64,000 bases of DNA from Dehalococcoidia bacterium (GTDB taxonomy: Bacteria > Chloroflexota > Dehalococcoidia > Bin125): positions 608,001 through 672,000 of the forward strand of contig CAXXRD010000001.1 of assembly GCA_963663895.2 (NCBI GenBank), in the 5' to 3' direction. Under the pieces are notes generated by a model, which was given only the letters and a program-made list of their open reading frames with translations, did not search any database and had not been told where the DNA came from. Positions 47,877 to 57,843 of this stretch are shown here, in pieces. The stretch's first letter is position 1. Every line of letters starts with the position of its first letter. Both the position numbers and the translations under genes were made by a program.

Positions 47877-49283
47877 TTGGGTCTGTTTCACCGCTTCTTC
47901 AGTCACCCGACCGAACCCGTAGCGACCGTTGCTCCGGCCGCCGCGCCGCGCCGTGCATCCACGGCGGACGTCCCCCCGCCCGCGGGCGAGCAGCGCTCGG
48001 GCAACGGCGCCTCCCGATCACGACGGCGACGGCGGCGCAGCGGTAGACGGTCCCATTCACAGCGCGAGCCCGATCGCTCGCGTGCCGCGGCCGTCCAGGC
48101 GCTCAGCTCGGGCGGGTACCGCCTGCCCGCACTCGAGGAGCTCGACCGCATCGACCGCGCGCAATATCCACCCGACTTCGAAGCGCTGGGCCTCGGCGAT
48201 CGTTCGTTGGCAACCGTGACCGCTCTCGGCTTCAACGTGCCCACGCCGATCCAGCGCGAGACCATTCCGGTGCTCCTCTCCGGCGCGGATGTCGTCGGGC
48301 AGGCGCAGACCGGTACGGGGAAGACGCTGGCCTTCGGATTGCCCCTCGTCGAGCGGCTCGACCGGGACTCGGCCAAAGTGCAGGGCATCGTGCTCGTCCC
48401 GACGCGCGAACTCGCGGATCAGGTCTTCAGCGTCCTGGACTTCCTGGCGACAGCCGCCGGCTTGCAGGCGATCGCCCTCATGGGCGGGCGCCGGCTGGAC
48501 CAAGACTTTGCCAAGCTCGCCGCGCAGCCGCAGATCGTCGTCGGGACGCCAGGCCGCGTGATCGACCATCTCGAGCGCCGCACGCTGGACCTGAGCGGCG
48601 TGCGCGTCGCCGTCCTGGACGAAGCCGACCGCATGCTCGACATCGGCTTCGAGCCGGATATCCGCCGGATCCTCAATCGCTCTCCCCGCAACCGTCAGAC
48701 GGCACTGTATTCCGCCACCATCCCCACCACGATCAAGACGCTGATCTGGAGATACATGCGCGACCCCCAGCACGTCCACACGGAGACAGAGCGCACCATC
48801 CCCCTCATCCGCCAGCGGTACTACGAAGTCGCCGAGCGGGACAAGCTCGACGCGCTCATGGAGCTGTTCCCCGAGATGCGCGGGCGGACGCTGATCTTCT
48901 GCAATATGAAGGTCACCGTTGATCGGCTGGTGCGCCGACTCCAGAGCGAGGGCGTCCCCGCCGAAGCGATTCACGGGGACATGGACCAGCGCAAGCGCGA
49001 CCGGGTCATGCGGCGCTTCCGCGCTGGCGAATTGCAGATTCTCGTCGCGACGAACGTCGCTGCGCGCGGCCTGGACATCGAAGACGTCAAGCACGTCGTG
49101 AATTTCGACGCCCCGCACACCGCGGAAGACTATATCCACCGCGTCGGGCGCACAGGCCGCGCGGGGCGCGACGGCAGCGCCACCATCTTCGTGGCAGAGT
49201 GGGATTTGGAAACGTTCGAGTCGATTCGGAAGGCAGCGGGTCCCGCGCTCGAGCGGGGGCAGCTCGCCCTCTACGCCAACTGA
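47877..49283 (+). CDS. DEAD-box RNA helicase
   Basis: Q-motif PTPIQ, AQTGTGKT, PTRELA, TPGR, DEAD, SAT, ARGLD, HRVGRTGR. Confidence 0.95.
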   Translation: MGLFHRFFSHPTEPVATVAPAAAPRRASTADVPPPAGEQRSGNGASRSRRRRRRSGRRSHSQREPDRSRAAAVQALSSGGYRLPALEELDRIDRAQYPPDFEALGLGDRSLATVTALGFNVPTPIQRETIPVLLSGADVVGQAQTGTGKTLAFGLPLVERLDRDSAKVQGIVLVPTRELADQVFSVLDFLATAAGLQAIALMGGRRLDQDFAKLAAQPQIVVGTPGRVIDHLERRTLDLSGVRVAVLDEADRMLDIGFEPDIRRILNRSPRNRQTALYSATIPTTIKTLIWRYMRDPQHVHTETERTIPLIRQRYYEVAERDKLDALMELFPEMRGRTLIFCNMKVTVDRLVRRLQSEGVPAEAIHGDMDQRKRDRVMRRFRAGELQILVATNVAARGLDIEDVKHVVNFDAPHTAEDYIHRVGRTGRAGRDGSATIFVAEWDLETFESIRKAAGPALERGQLALYAN

Positions 49284-49419
49284 GTGGAACGTATCGTGAT
49301 CAAGGAGGGGATCGCCCGAGAAGCAGGTTTAGCAACAAGATGAGCTACGATGATTTGGCACGAGAGCCCCGATCGGGCTAGCAGCCGGTAGCCCGGCTCG
49401 GAGGATTACGCAGTAACCC

Positions 49420-49704
49420 ATGAGAATTTACGTCGGCAATTTGCCGTTTTCCTCAGGCGAGGAAGACGTGCGTCAACTCTTCGCTACCTACGGCAACGTG
49501 GTTTCGGTGGGGCTTCCCACGGACCGCGAAACAGGACGGCCGCGCGGCTTCGGCTTCGTCGAAATGTCGAATGAGGATGCCCAGAAGGCGATCGAGGCCT
49601 TGGACGGGCAGACCTTCGGCGGACGCACCCTGCGGGTCAACGAAGCCCGGCCCCGCGGGGACCGCGGCGATCGCGGCGACCGTGGCGGCGGCGGGCGCTG
49701 GTAG
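49420..49704 (+). CDS. RRM (RNP-1) RNA-binding protein
   Basis: RNP2 IYVGNL, RNP1 RGFGFVEM, Gly/Arg-rich tail. Confidence 0.95.
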   Translation: MRIYVGNLPFSSGEEDVRQLFATYGNVVSVGLPTDRETGRPRGFGFVEMSNEDAQKAIEALDGQTFGGRTLRVNEARPRGDRGDRGDRGGGGRW

Positions 49705-49873
49705 GCGTCTCGAACACACACGACGAAGCCCGGCGCCGTCCGGGATCGTTCGCCGGCGACGGGGTCCGCCGATAGCGGCCGCCGCCGCCGTGTGACCGGA
49801 TCCAAATCCGCGCCCGTGGAATCGGGCGACCGCCAAGCGAGATTCCACGATCGCGCCGCGGTTGGGAGATGCC

Positions 49874-51172
49874 GTGCCCGAGGATGCGCCGCCGTCGATC
49901 AGCCTCCCGTCCGTCGCTGACGAGCGCCCGCCAGCGGGTCTCTCGCCGTGGCAAGCGGCGTTGCATTTCTTCGAGGATGGCGCCCGCCGCGTCCAGCTGG
50001 ACGAAGGCTGCGCCGATTTGCTGCGCCGCCCTTGGCGCGAACTGCACGTATCGGTTCCGATCCGCCGGGACAACGGCACCCTTGAAGTGCTGGCGGGATT
50101 CCGCGTGCAACACAACGGCGCCCGCGGACCGTATAAAGGAGGCGTCCGCTTCCACCCCAAGGCGGATCTGGACGAAGTGCGCGCGCTCGCAGCGCTGATG
50201 ACGTGGAAGACCGCCGTACTGGACCTGCCGTTCGGCGGCGCCAAGGGCGGGGTGCAGTGCGACGCCACCACGATGTCGGAGAACGAACTGCGACAGATCA
50301 CGCGCACCTATACCCAAAACATCGCCCACCTCCTCGGCGTCAGCCGCGACATCCCAGCACCCGACCTCGGCACCAACGCCCAAACGATGGCTTGGATGAT
50401 GGACGCCTACGGCGCTCGCTATGGCTATTCCCCGGGGATCGTGACGGGCAAGCCGCCCGCACTGGGCGGCTCGGAAGGACGCGCGGAAGCAACGGGGCTA
50501 GGCGTCGCGTTGATCACGCGCGACACCGTGCAGGCGATGGGTCGTGGATTGGAAGGGCTCCGCGTCGCCATCCAAGGCTATGGCAACGTCGGTGCCAACG
50601 CCGCGCGCTATCTGGACGCACTAGGGGCCACGATCGTCGCCGTTTCGGACATCCACGGGGGCGTGCATGATCCGGACGGGCTTGATGTCGCCGGGCTCCA
50701 GGCCCACTACGCGCGGACCGGCAGCGTCGCCGCCATGCCGGGCATCCAAGACTGTAGCGGCGAGGCGCTGCTCCACACCGAATGCGACGTCCTCATCCCC
50801 GCCGCGATCAACGGCGTCATCAATCGGGAGACGGTGGGCGGCGTGCAGGCGCCACTCATCGTGGAAGGGGCGAACGGACCGGTCACGCCCTACGCCGACC
50901 ACGAACTCACCAAACGCGGCGTCGTGATCGTGCCGGACATCATCGCCAACGGGGGCGGCGTCACCGTGTCGTATTTCGAGTGGACGCAGAACGTCCAGCG
51001 CTACCACTGGGGGCAGGAGCGCGTCGCGGAAGAGTTGGAGCGCGCGCTCTGCAGCGCTTATCGCGATCTATTGGTACGCGCCGCCAGCGACGGCGTCACG
51101 CTCCGGGCAGCAGCGTTCATGACCGGAATCGAGCGGGTGGCGGAGGCGATCCGTCTGCGCGGCTTCCTCTAG
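49874..51172 (+). CDS. gdhA: Glutamate dehydrogenase (Glu/Leu/Phe/Val family)
   Basis: RGPYKGGVRF, MTWK, GGAKGG, DIPAPD, VTGKP, QGYGNVG, EGANGP, PDIIANGGGV. Confidence 0.9.
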   Translation: MPEDAPPSISLPSVADERPPAGLSPWQAALHFFEDGARRVQLDEGCADLLRRPWRELHVSVPIRRDNGTLEVLAGFRVQHNGARGPYKGGVRFHPKADLDEVRALAALMTWKTAVLDLPFGGAKGGVQCDATTMSENELRQITRTYTQNIAHLLGVSRDIPAPDLGTNAQTMAWMMDAYGARYGYSPGIVTGKPPALGGSEGRAEATGLGVALITRDTVQAMGRGLEGLRVAIQGYGNVGANAARYLDALGATIVAVSDIHGGVHDPDGLDVAGLQAHYARTGSVAAMPGIQDCSGEALLHTECDVLIPAAINGVINRETVGGVQAPLIVEGANGPVTPYADHELTKRGVVIVPDIIANGGGVTVSYFEWTQNVQRYHWGQERVAEELERALCSAYRDLLVRAASDGVTLRAAAFMTGIERVAEAIRLRGFL

Positions 51173-51174
51173 CG

Positions 51175-52263
51175 CTACTCAAGTGCCGCGAGCACGGCGG
51201 GGAGATCGGCCGCCGCGCCCGCCACGCCACGGACTATCGCGTCCCCGTCGATCACGACGGCACGAAATTCGCCGTCCACCTCGAACGCGGCACCGACATC
51301 ACCGCGCCATCTCAAGGCGACGTGCTCCGCCGGCACGGTGGCATCCTCCTCGATCAAGATGGCCGTCGGATACCCTCCAGCTCGCGCCACGGCAGCGGCT
51401 TCCGCCGAACAGGCCAAGCATCCCGGCGGGCTGAACAGCAGAATCAACGGCGCTGCGAGATTATCCGACAAACGCCACGCCTCCCCACCATCGAGCCGCT
51501 GCGCCAAGAAGTCGGGCGTGGGCGCCCCGACCGTCGGAGCCTCGGGAATCCCGTCGGGATTGAACCGCAGCGGCAGCGCCTTCGGACCGGGCAGTGGCTC
51601 CGCCCCGACTACCTCGTCCAGCGTGGTCATGAGCGCGGCGACCTGTTCCTCGAAGGTGTCGTCCGGCGCCTGGCCGACGAAAATGGTGTCGATGACGCCA
51701 TCCGGCCGGACGAAGATGGAATTCGGCGGCCCCACTACCCCGTATCGCCGTGTCACGCCGCCGCCGAAATCCATCGGGAGGATGAAATCAATGCTGAACT
51801 CATCGCGAAAGGCGGCAGCCGATCGCCGCGCCTCTTCAATATTCACGCCCGCGACCACCAGCCCAGCCTCACGGTACTGGCGCTGAAGCCGCACGAGGAC
51901 GGGGATCTCACGTCGACACGGGGGACACCAAGACGCCCAAAAGTTCAGCACGACCGGATGGCCGCGCCAATCCGAGAGCCGGAACCGCCCCCCGTCGAGC
52001 GTTTCGAGCTCAAAATCGGGCGCCAGCGCTCCGGCCGCCACGGCCACCGGCCGCTGGCCCGGATTGAGATAGCGCGGGAGATCGGCCGGTCCGAACGCGT
52101 CGCCCGTGCTCAAGCCCTCCCCTCGTAGCGCAAGCCAGAGCGCCAGCGCCACCGCCCCCATCACCAGCACGCCCACGGCCAGCGTGCGCCGACCGTGGTA
52201 CTCGCGCGGGCGGTTGGGATTCTCGTCCGGAAATACGCCCTCGTCCGTCTGTGGAGCGTCCAT
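51175..52263 (-). CDS. Membrane-anchored TlpA/ResA-like thioredoxin protein with a second thioredoxin-fold domain
   Basis: TM anchor, APDFEL, NFWASWCPPC. Second domain has TPDF...GCLAC. Confidence 0.82.
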   Translation of the reverse strand: MDAPQTDEGVFPDENPNRPREYHGRRTLAVGVLVMGAVALALWLALRGEGLSTGDAFGPADLPRYLNPGQRPVAVAAGALAPDFELETLDGGRFRLSDWRGHPVVLNFWASWCPPCRREIPVLVRLQRQYREAGLVVAGVNIEEARRSAAAFRDEFSIDFILPMDFGGGVTRRYGVVGPPNSIFVRPDGVIDTIFVGQAPDDTFEEQVAALMTTLDEVVGAEPLPGPKALPLRFNPDGIPEAPTVGAPTPDFLAQRLDGGEAWRLSDNLAAPLILLFSPPGCLACSAEAAAVARAGGYPTAILIEEDATVPAEHVALRWRGDVGAAFEVDGEFRAVVIDGDAIVRGVAGAAADLPAVLAALE

Positions 52264-52352
52264 CCCGCCGTGCCCTCCGTGCTAGCTTGCTGCTAGCCTA
52301 CCGTTCACCCTGGGAGGCGGACGACGGCGCCGTGCAGTGATTGAGAAACGCT

Positions 52353-52862
52353 ATGACCGATCGCCAGCTCCAAGACCTGCTCGACAAGCAAGCGATCTAC
52401 GAGGTCCTCGCGCGCTATACGCGCGGCGTCGATCGCCTCGACCGCGAGATGATCCTGTCCTGCTATCACCCCGATGCGTTCGACGATCACGGCGGCTATC
52501 AAGGGACGGCCGAGGGGCACGTCGATTGGTCGTTCGAGGTCCTCGCCCCGTTCAAGCTCTCGAATCATCGCCTCGGCAACCTGCTGATCGACATCCAGGG
52601 CGACACGGCCTACAGCGAGTGCTATGTCTTACCCTATCTCGCCGGGAGCGACGCGGACGGCGCCAGCAAGCATCAATACTTCATCCTGCGCTTCATCGAC
52701 CGCTTCGAACGGCGCAGCGGCGGCCCTTGGCTGATCGCGCATCGCGTCCTCAGCTTCGACTGGAACCGCATTGACCCAGTGGAGGTCGGGCGTGCGCTCA
52801 CCGACGACTACATCGTGGGGCGCCGGGACAAACAGGACCCCGTCTACCAGCGCCCTTCCTAG
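52353..52862 (+). CDS. NTF2-like/SnoaL_4 family protein
   Basis: LLDKQAI, YTRGVDRLD, YHPDAFDDHG, RFIDRFERR. Confidence 0.82.
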   Translation: MTDRQLQDLLDKQAIYEVLARYTRGVDRLDREMILSCYHPDAFDDHGGYQGTAEGHVDWSFEVLAPFKLSNHRLGNLLIDIQGDTAYSECYVLPYLAGSDADGASKHQYFILRFIDRFERRSGGPWLIAHRVLSFDWNRIDPVEVGRALTDDYIVGRRDKQDPVYQRPS

Positions 52863-52883
52863 CGTCCAGGGAGAGGTCCGTCC

Positions 52884-54677
52884 GTGACCGCATCTCAGCC
52901 ACCCGCCCATTCCGGATCACTCGTCGACCCCGTCACCTACGAGCTCGTGCGCAACACTTTGCTCGCCATCTCCAACGAGATGGCGCTGGTGGTCGCCAAG
53001 AGCGCCTATTCAACGGCGATCAACGAAGGGTTGGATTTCGCCAACGCCACCTACGACGGACAGGGACGGCTGTTGTCCCAAGGTGAGTACGATCTGCCCG
53101 CCTTCGTCGGGATCACCATGCTCGCGATCCCGGAGGTCGTGCGCGCCATCGGCCGGGAAACCATGGCCGAAGGCGACATCTACATGATCAACGACCCCTA
53201 CGTCGCCAGCACGCACTGCAACGACATTCACTTCGTCAAGCCGATCTTTGTCGAAGACGAGATCGTCGCCTTCCTCTCCTCGACAGCGCACTGGAGCGAC
53301 ATCGGCGGGGTCGTACCGGGCACGTTGAATCTCAGCGCGAAAACGCACTACGAGGAAGGTCTGCGGATCCCAGCGGTGACGATCGTCAAGCAGGGTGAAC
53401 TACAGGAGGATCTGCTCCGTCTCATCTTGGCCAACGTGCGTGAGGCCTGGGAGCGCGTCGGCGACCTGAACGCACAAACCGCCGCGTTGCGGACGGGCGA
53501 GCAGCGGATGCACGCGCTGTTCCGCAAACACGGAAAGGCCAAAACGCTGGCCACCTTCGCGGAGATGCAAAACCACGCCGAACGGATGGTCCGGGCGGCG
53601 TTACGCGAGATCCCGAACGGTGTCTACGCATCCACCGATCTGATCGACCAGGACCTCTCGACGGGGGAGCCCGTTGCGATCCGCCTCAAGATCACGATCG
53701 AGGACGACCATGCCATCTACGATCTGACCGAGAGCGACGACGCCGCCGGATCCGGCATCAACGGGACACTCGCCGCAACGACCTCGTCGATCTACAACTC
53801 CACGGCGGCGCTGCTCCCGCCCATGCCGATGAACTCCGGGATCATGCGGGCGATCGAGATCCGCGTGCGCCCCGGATCGATCTGCTACGCGCAGCCGCCC
53901 GTCGCGATTTCGGGCACGGCGGCAACCAGCTTGGAGTGCACCTTCGCGGCGGTGGTGAAGGCGCTCAGTCAAGCCTGGCCGGAGCGTGGCTGCGGCGTGT
54001 CATCCACGATCCACAACACCTGCTACAGCGGCGTGGACGGGCGCGCGGGGTTTGGCGCCCCCTTCATCGAGTACGTCTGGTCCGTGGGCGGGATGGGCGG
54101 CACCCAGAAGAAAGACGGCGCCAACGTCGTCGGATCGCCCTACGCCGCCAGCATCACCAACATCCCGGTAGAGCTGCAGGAGCGCCGCTATCCGCTGCTC
54201 TGGAACCGCTATCAGGTCATGCGGGATTCGGGCGGCCCCGGCCGCTCGCGCGGAGGCCTCGCCCTCACCCAGCACTGCTCGTTCCCGTACCAGCCGGGGC
54301 TACTCAACAGTTTCGGCAACCGCGAGCGCTTTGGTCCGCCCGGAGTTTTCGGCGGTGGCGCCGGCAAGACCGCCGGACTAGTGCTCAACCTGGGGACCGA
54401 GAACGAGCAGCGGATGAGCTCGTTCTCTACACAGGTGCCGGTCGATGTGGGAGACACTCTGACGCTCTGGTCGAACGGCGGGGGCGGCTACGGCGATCCA
54501 CTCCAGCGACCGGTCGAGCGCGTCCTGGAAGACGTGAAGGACGACTACCTCTCCGTCGCGGCGGCCCGGGAGCAGTACGGTGTCGTCATCCACGAGCGCG
54601 ATCGGCGCCAGCTGTGGTTCGAGATCGACGAGGCCGCGACGGCTGCTCTCCGCCGCGAGCGGAGCGCTGCCCGCTAA
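52884..54677 (+). CDS. Hydantoinase B/oxoprolinase-family subunit (paralog 4)
   Basis: DPVTYEL, NDPYVASTHCND, AHWSDIGG, DSGGPGRSRGG, GGGGYGDP. Confidence 0.9.
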   Translation: MTASQPPAHSGSLVDPVTYELVRNTLLAISNEMALVVAKSAYSTAINEGLDFANATYDGQGRLLSQGEYDLPAFVGITMLAIPEVVRAIGRETMAEGDIYMINDPYVASTHCNDIHFVKPIFVEDEIVAFLSSTAHWSDIGGVVPGTLNLSAKTHYEEGLRIPAVTIVKQGELQEDLLRLILANVREAWERVGDLNAQTAALRTGEQRMHALFRKHGKAKTLATFAEMQNHAERMVRAALREIPNGVYASTDLIDQDLSTGEPVAIRLKITIEDDHAIYDLTESDDAAGSGINGTLAATTSSIYNSTAALLPPMPMNSGIMRAIEIRVRPGSICYAQPPVAISGTAATSLECTFAAVVKALSQAWPERGCGVSSTIHNTCYSGVDGRAGFGAPFIEYVWSVGGMGGTQKKDGANVVGSPYAASITNIPVELQERRYPLLWNRYQVMRDSGGPGRSRGGLALTQHCSFPYQPGLLNSFGNRERFGPPGVFGGGAGKTAGLVLNLGTENEQRMSSFSTQVPVDVGDTLTLWSNGGGGYGDPLQRPVERVLEDVKDDYLSVAAAREQYGVVIHERDRRQLWFEIDEAATAALRRERSAAR

Positions 54678-54703
54678 GGCCGAGCGGGCAGGGGCGAGGC
54701 GCG

Positions 54704-56482
54704 ATGAGTAGCGGCGGACCCGGAACCGTTGATTCGATCACCTTCGAGATCGTGCGAAACTCGTTCATGGCCGTCTGCGCCGAGATGGCGCTGGTCGTAT
54801 CCAAGACCGCCTACTCACCGCCCATCAACGAAGGCAAGGACTTCGCCGGCACCGTCTCCGACGCGGACGGCAATCTGGTAGCGCAAAGCGAGTTCGACCT
54901 GCCCGCCTTCGTGGGACTCGGGATGTTCACCGTCAAAGAGGTGATCAGCCAGGTCGGGCTGGCGGCAATGGAGCCGGACGACATCTTCATGATCAACGAC
55001 CCCTACGTCGCCAGCACCCACTGCAACGACGTGCACTTCATCAAGCCCGTGTTTTACGGCGCGGAGCGCGTCGCCTTCGTCGAGTCGACGGCACACTGGA
55101 CCGATGTCGGCGGTCCCATCCCAAGCTCGCTCAACTCCCGCGCCACGTCGCACTTCGAGGAGGGCCTGCGCATCCCAGCGGTCAAGATCTACGAGCGGGG
55201 CGAGATCCGCCAGGACGTCCTGGACCTGATCCTGGCCAATATGCGCGAGCCCTGGGAACGGATGGGCGACCTCAATGCCCAGTGCTCGGCGCTGCGAACC
55301 GGCGACGCGCGTATCCAGCGGATGTGCCAGAAACACGGCACCACCGTGGTGCGCACGGTCCAAGCCGAGATGCAGAACCACTCCGAGCAGCTGATCCGGG
55401 CGACGCTGCGGGACCTGCCCGACGGGACCTACGAGGCCGAGGACCAGAACGACCAGGATTTCTCGACCGGCCTGCCCGTCACCTTCCGCGTCAAGCTCAG
55501 CATCGACGGCGATCACATGACCTTCGACCTTACCGAGAGCGACGACGCGGCCGGCTCCGCCATCAATACCAGCATCGTCGCGACCACATCCTCCATCTTC
55601 AACGCCATCGGGTCCGTGCTGCCTCCCATCCCAATGAACGCGGGCGTCCTACGGGCCGTTGAGATCAAGGCGCGCCCCGGATCGATCTGCCATGCACAGC
55701 CGCCACGCGCCGTGTCGACGCAGGGGACCAGCATGGAGATCATCATCGCCGCGGCGACGGCGGCGCTGAGTCAAGCGCTGCCCGAGCGCGGATCGGGGAC
55801 GTGCTCCACCGTGTTGAACACCGCCTACGCCGGTTACGACGAACGGCCGGGCTTCGAGACTTTTTTCTTGGAGTACGTCTGGGCAGTGGGCGGCATGGGC
55901 GGCACCAAATACAAAGACGGCTCCAACGTGGTCGGCTCCGCCTGGGCCGCGACTATCCAGAACATCCCCGTCGAGCTGCAGGAGCGCCGCTTCCCCCTCT
56001 TCTGGCGGCGCAACATGCTGTTGCCAGACTCCGCCGGCCCCGGCCGGCGCCGCGGCGGTCTGGCGCTCGAGCAGATCTGCGAGTTCGTCTTTCAAGGCGG
56101 CACCCTCACGAATTTCGGCAACCGTGAGCGCGTGGGGCCACCCGGTGTTTTCGACGGCGGACGCGGCGCCACGGCCGGCTTAGTCCTCAATCAGGGAACC
56201 GAGCGTGAGCGCGCGGTTGGCCTGGTCGCCTCCAACGTCCCGGTCAGCAGGAGCGAGACATTGCGCTATTGGTCGGCGGGCGGCGGCGGCTACGGCGATC
56301 CACTGGAGCGGGACCCCCGCCGCGTGCTCGACGACATCCGGGACGACTACCTCTCGATCGGCGCCGCGCGCGAGCAGTACGGTGTAGTGGTGCAAGAGAT
56401 CGATCGCCGGACCCTGCGATACGCCGTCGATGAGCGCGCCACCGAGCAGCTGCGCGCCCGGCTGCGCGCGGAGCGGCTGTAG
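54704..56482 (+). CDS. Hydantoinase B/oxoprolinase-family subunit (paralog 5)
   Basis: DSITFEI, NDPYVASTHCND, AHWTDVGG, DSAGPGRRRGG. True start is ATG 54704. Confidence 0.9.
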   Translation: MSSGGPGTVDSITFEIVRNSFMAVCAEMALVVSKTAYSPPINEGKDFAGTVSDADGNLVAQSEFDLPAFVGLGMFTVKEVISQVGLAAMEPDDIFMINDPYVASTHCNDVHFIKPVFYGAERVAFVESTAHWTDVGGPIPSSLNSRATSHFEEGLRIPAVKIYERGEIRQDVLDLILANMREPWERMGDLNAQCSALRTGDARIQRMCQKHGTTVVRTVQAEMQNHSEQLIRATLRDLPDGTYEAEDQNDQDFSTGLPVTFRVKLSIDGDHMTFDLTESDDAAGSAINTSIVATTSSIFNAIGSVLPPIPMNAGVLRAVEIKARPGSICHAQPPRAVSTQGTSMEIIIAAATAALSQALPERGSGTCSTVLNTAYAGYDERPGFETFFLEYVWAVGGMGGTKYKDGSNVVGSAWAATIQNIPVELQERRFPLFWRRNMLLPDSAGPGRRRGGLALEQICEFVFQGGTLTNFGNRERVGPPGVFDGGRGATAGLVLNQGTERERAVGLVASNVPVSRSETLRYWSAGGGGYGDPLERDPRRVLDDIRDDYLSIGAAREQYGVVVQEIDRRTLRYAVDERATEQLRARLRAERL

Positions 56483-56484
56483 CG

Positions 56485-57783
56485 ATGCCCGGCGATCCCA
56501 CCGATTTCACGCCGTATCTCGCCCCATCCCGGGGCGCGCGCGCGGGCCGGCGGGTCGAGGTCAGTGAAGCACTGGGGGCGATCGAGAGCGGACAGCGCGT
56601 TCTCGTCGGCCAAGCGTGCGGGGCGCCGCTGCTATTCTTCGAAGCCATGGTGGCGGAGCGCGGCCGCTGGGACGCGCTGGAGATCATCTTCGGCATCCAA
56701 CTGGCGCGCCTGCCCATCGTCGACTATCCCGGCGAGCCGTTCCGTTTCACCACGCTGCAACCCAACCCCTACCTCAAGCCGGCGGCCGAGGTCGTGACGC
56801 CGCTCCCCTCCCGGATCTCGGACGTGCCGGCGCTCTTCACGCCCAACGGCAGCCAGCCTGTTGACGCCGTCCTGATCCACGTCAGCCCTCCAGGGCCGGA
56901 GGGACGACTCAGCATGGGGACTTCCGTGGGCGTCATGATCGACGCCGTCCGCAGCGCGCCACTGGTGATCGCCCAGGTCAACCGCTTCATGCCGTACACG
57001 TTCGGCGCCGGCGAGCTGCGCCGCGACGAGATCGACATGCTCGTGGAGTTGGACGGCCCCTTGGTCGAGCTGGCGCGCGGGCCGGCCGGCCAGGTGGAGG
57101 AGCAGGTCGCGGAACAGGTCACGGCGATCGTCCCGGATGGGGCGACGCTGCAGTTCGGCATCGGCGCCGTGCCGGAGGCGATCAGCGCGCGCCTATCGGC
57201 ACGGCGCGACCTTGGCGTACATTCGGGCATGATCAGCGACGGCATCATCGAGCTGGTCGAGTCCGGCGCCCTCAACGGGGCAGCCAAAACGCTCGATCGC
57301 GGCACGATCATCACCGGCGAATTGATGGGGACCCGCCGACTGTTCGACTGGGCAGACCGCAACCCGCTCGTGCGGATGGCGCCACCGGCCTACACGCACG
57401 GCGTGTCGGTGCTGGAGCGCGGCCATCGTTTCACGGCGATCAACTCGGCGATCGAAGTCGGCCTCGACGGCAGCGTCAACGGAGAGGCGATCGGCGGCCG
57501 CCTCGTCTCGGGACCAGGAGGACAGCCCGACTTCGCCGAGGGGGCGCTGCGCTGTCCCGGTGGAATGAGCGTGGTGGCGCTCCCCTCCACCGCCGCCAAA
57601 GGCAAACGCTCGCGGATCGTCCGCCGGATTAGCGGCGAGACACCCGTCACGGTGCCCCGCCATCAAGTCGATCGCATCGTCACGGAATACGGGGGCGCCT
57701 CGCTCTACGGCCGCACGCTGCCTGAGCGAGCGCAAGCCCTGCGAGCGATCGCCCATCCGGAATTCCGAGAAGAGTTGGCCTGA
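56485..57783 (+). CDS. Acetyl-CoA hydrolase/transferase (4-hydroxybutyrate CoA-transferase-like)
   Basis: DGATLQFGIG, LGVHSGM, AINSAIEV, SGPGGQPDF, IVTEYG. Confidence 0.85.
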   Translation: MPGDPTDFTPYLAPSRGARAGRRVEVSEALGAIESGQRVLVGQACGAPLLFFEAMVAERGRWDALEIIFGIQLARLPIVDYPGEPFRFTTLQPNPYLKPAAEVVTPLPSRISDVPALFTPNGSQPVDAVLIHVSPPGPEGRLSMGTSVGVMIDAVRSAPLVIAQVNRFMPYTFGAGELRRDEIDMLVELDGPLVELARGPAGQVEEQVAEQVTAIVPDGATLQFGIGAVPEAISARLSARRDLGVHSGMISDGIIELVESGALNGAAKTLDRGTIITGELMGTRRLFDWADRNPLVRMAPPAYTHGVSVLERGHRFTAINSAIEVGLDGSVNGEAIGGRLVSGPGGQPDFAEGALRCPGGMSVVALPSTAAKGKRSRIVRRISGETPVTVPRHQVDRIVTEYGGASLYGRTLPERAQALRAIAHPEFREELA

Positions 57784-57843
57784 GCCGTTGACTCGCAAGC
57801 GTCACAGCCCGATCCTGTCGCACCAAAGCTAGAGGAGGAACAG

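Noticed and set aside
53936-54703. 848-aa ORF suggesting a long HyuB fusion
   Set aside because: The extension is an off-frame overlap with paralog 4. Homology begins at ATG 54704.
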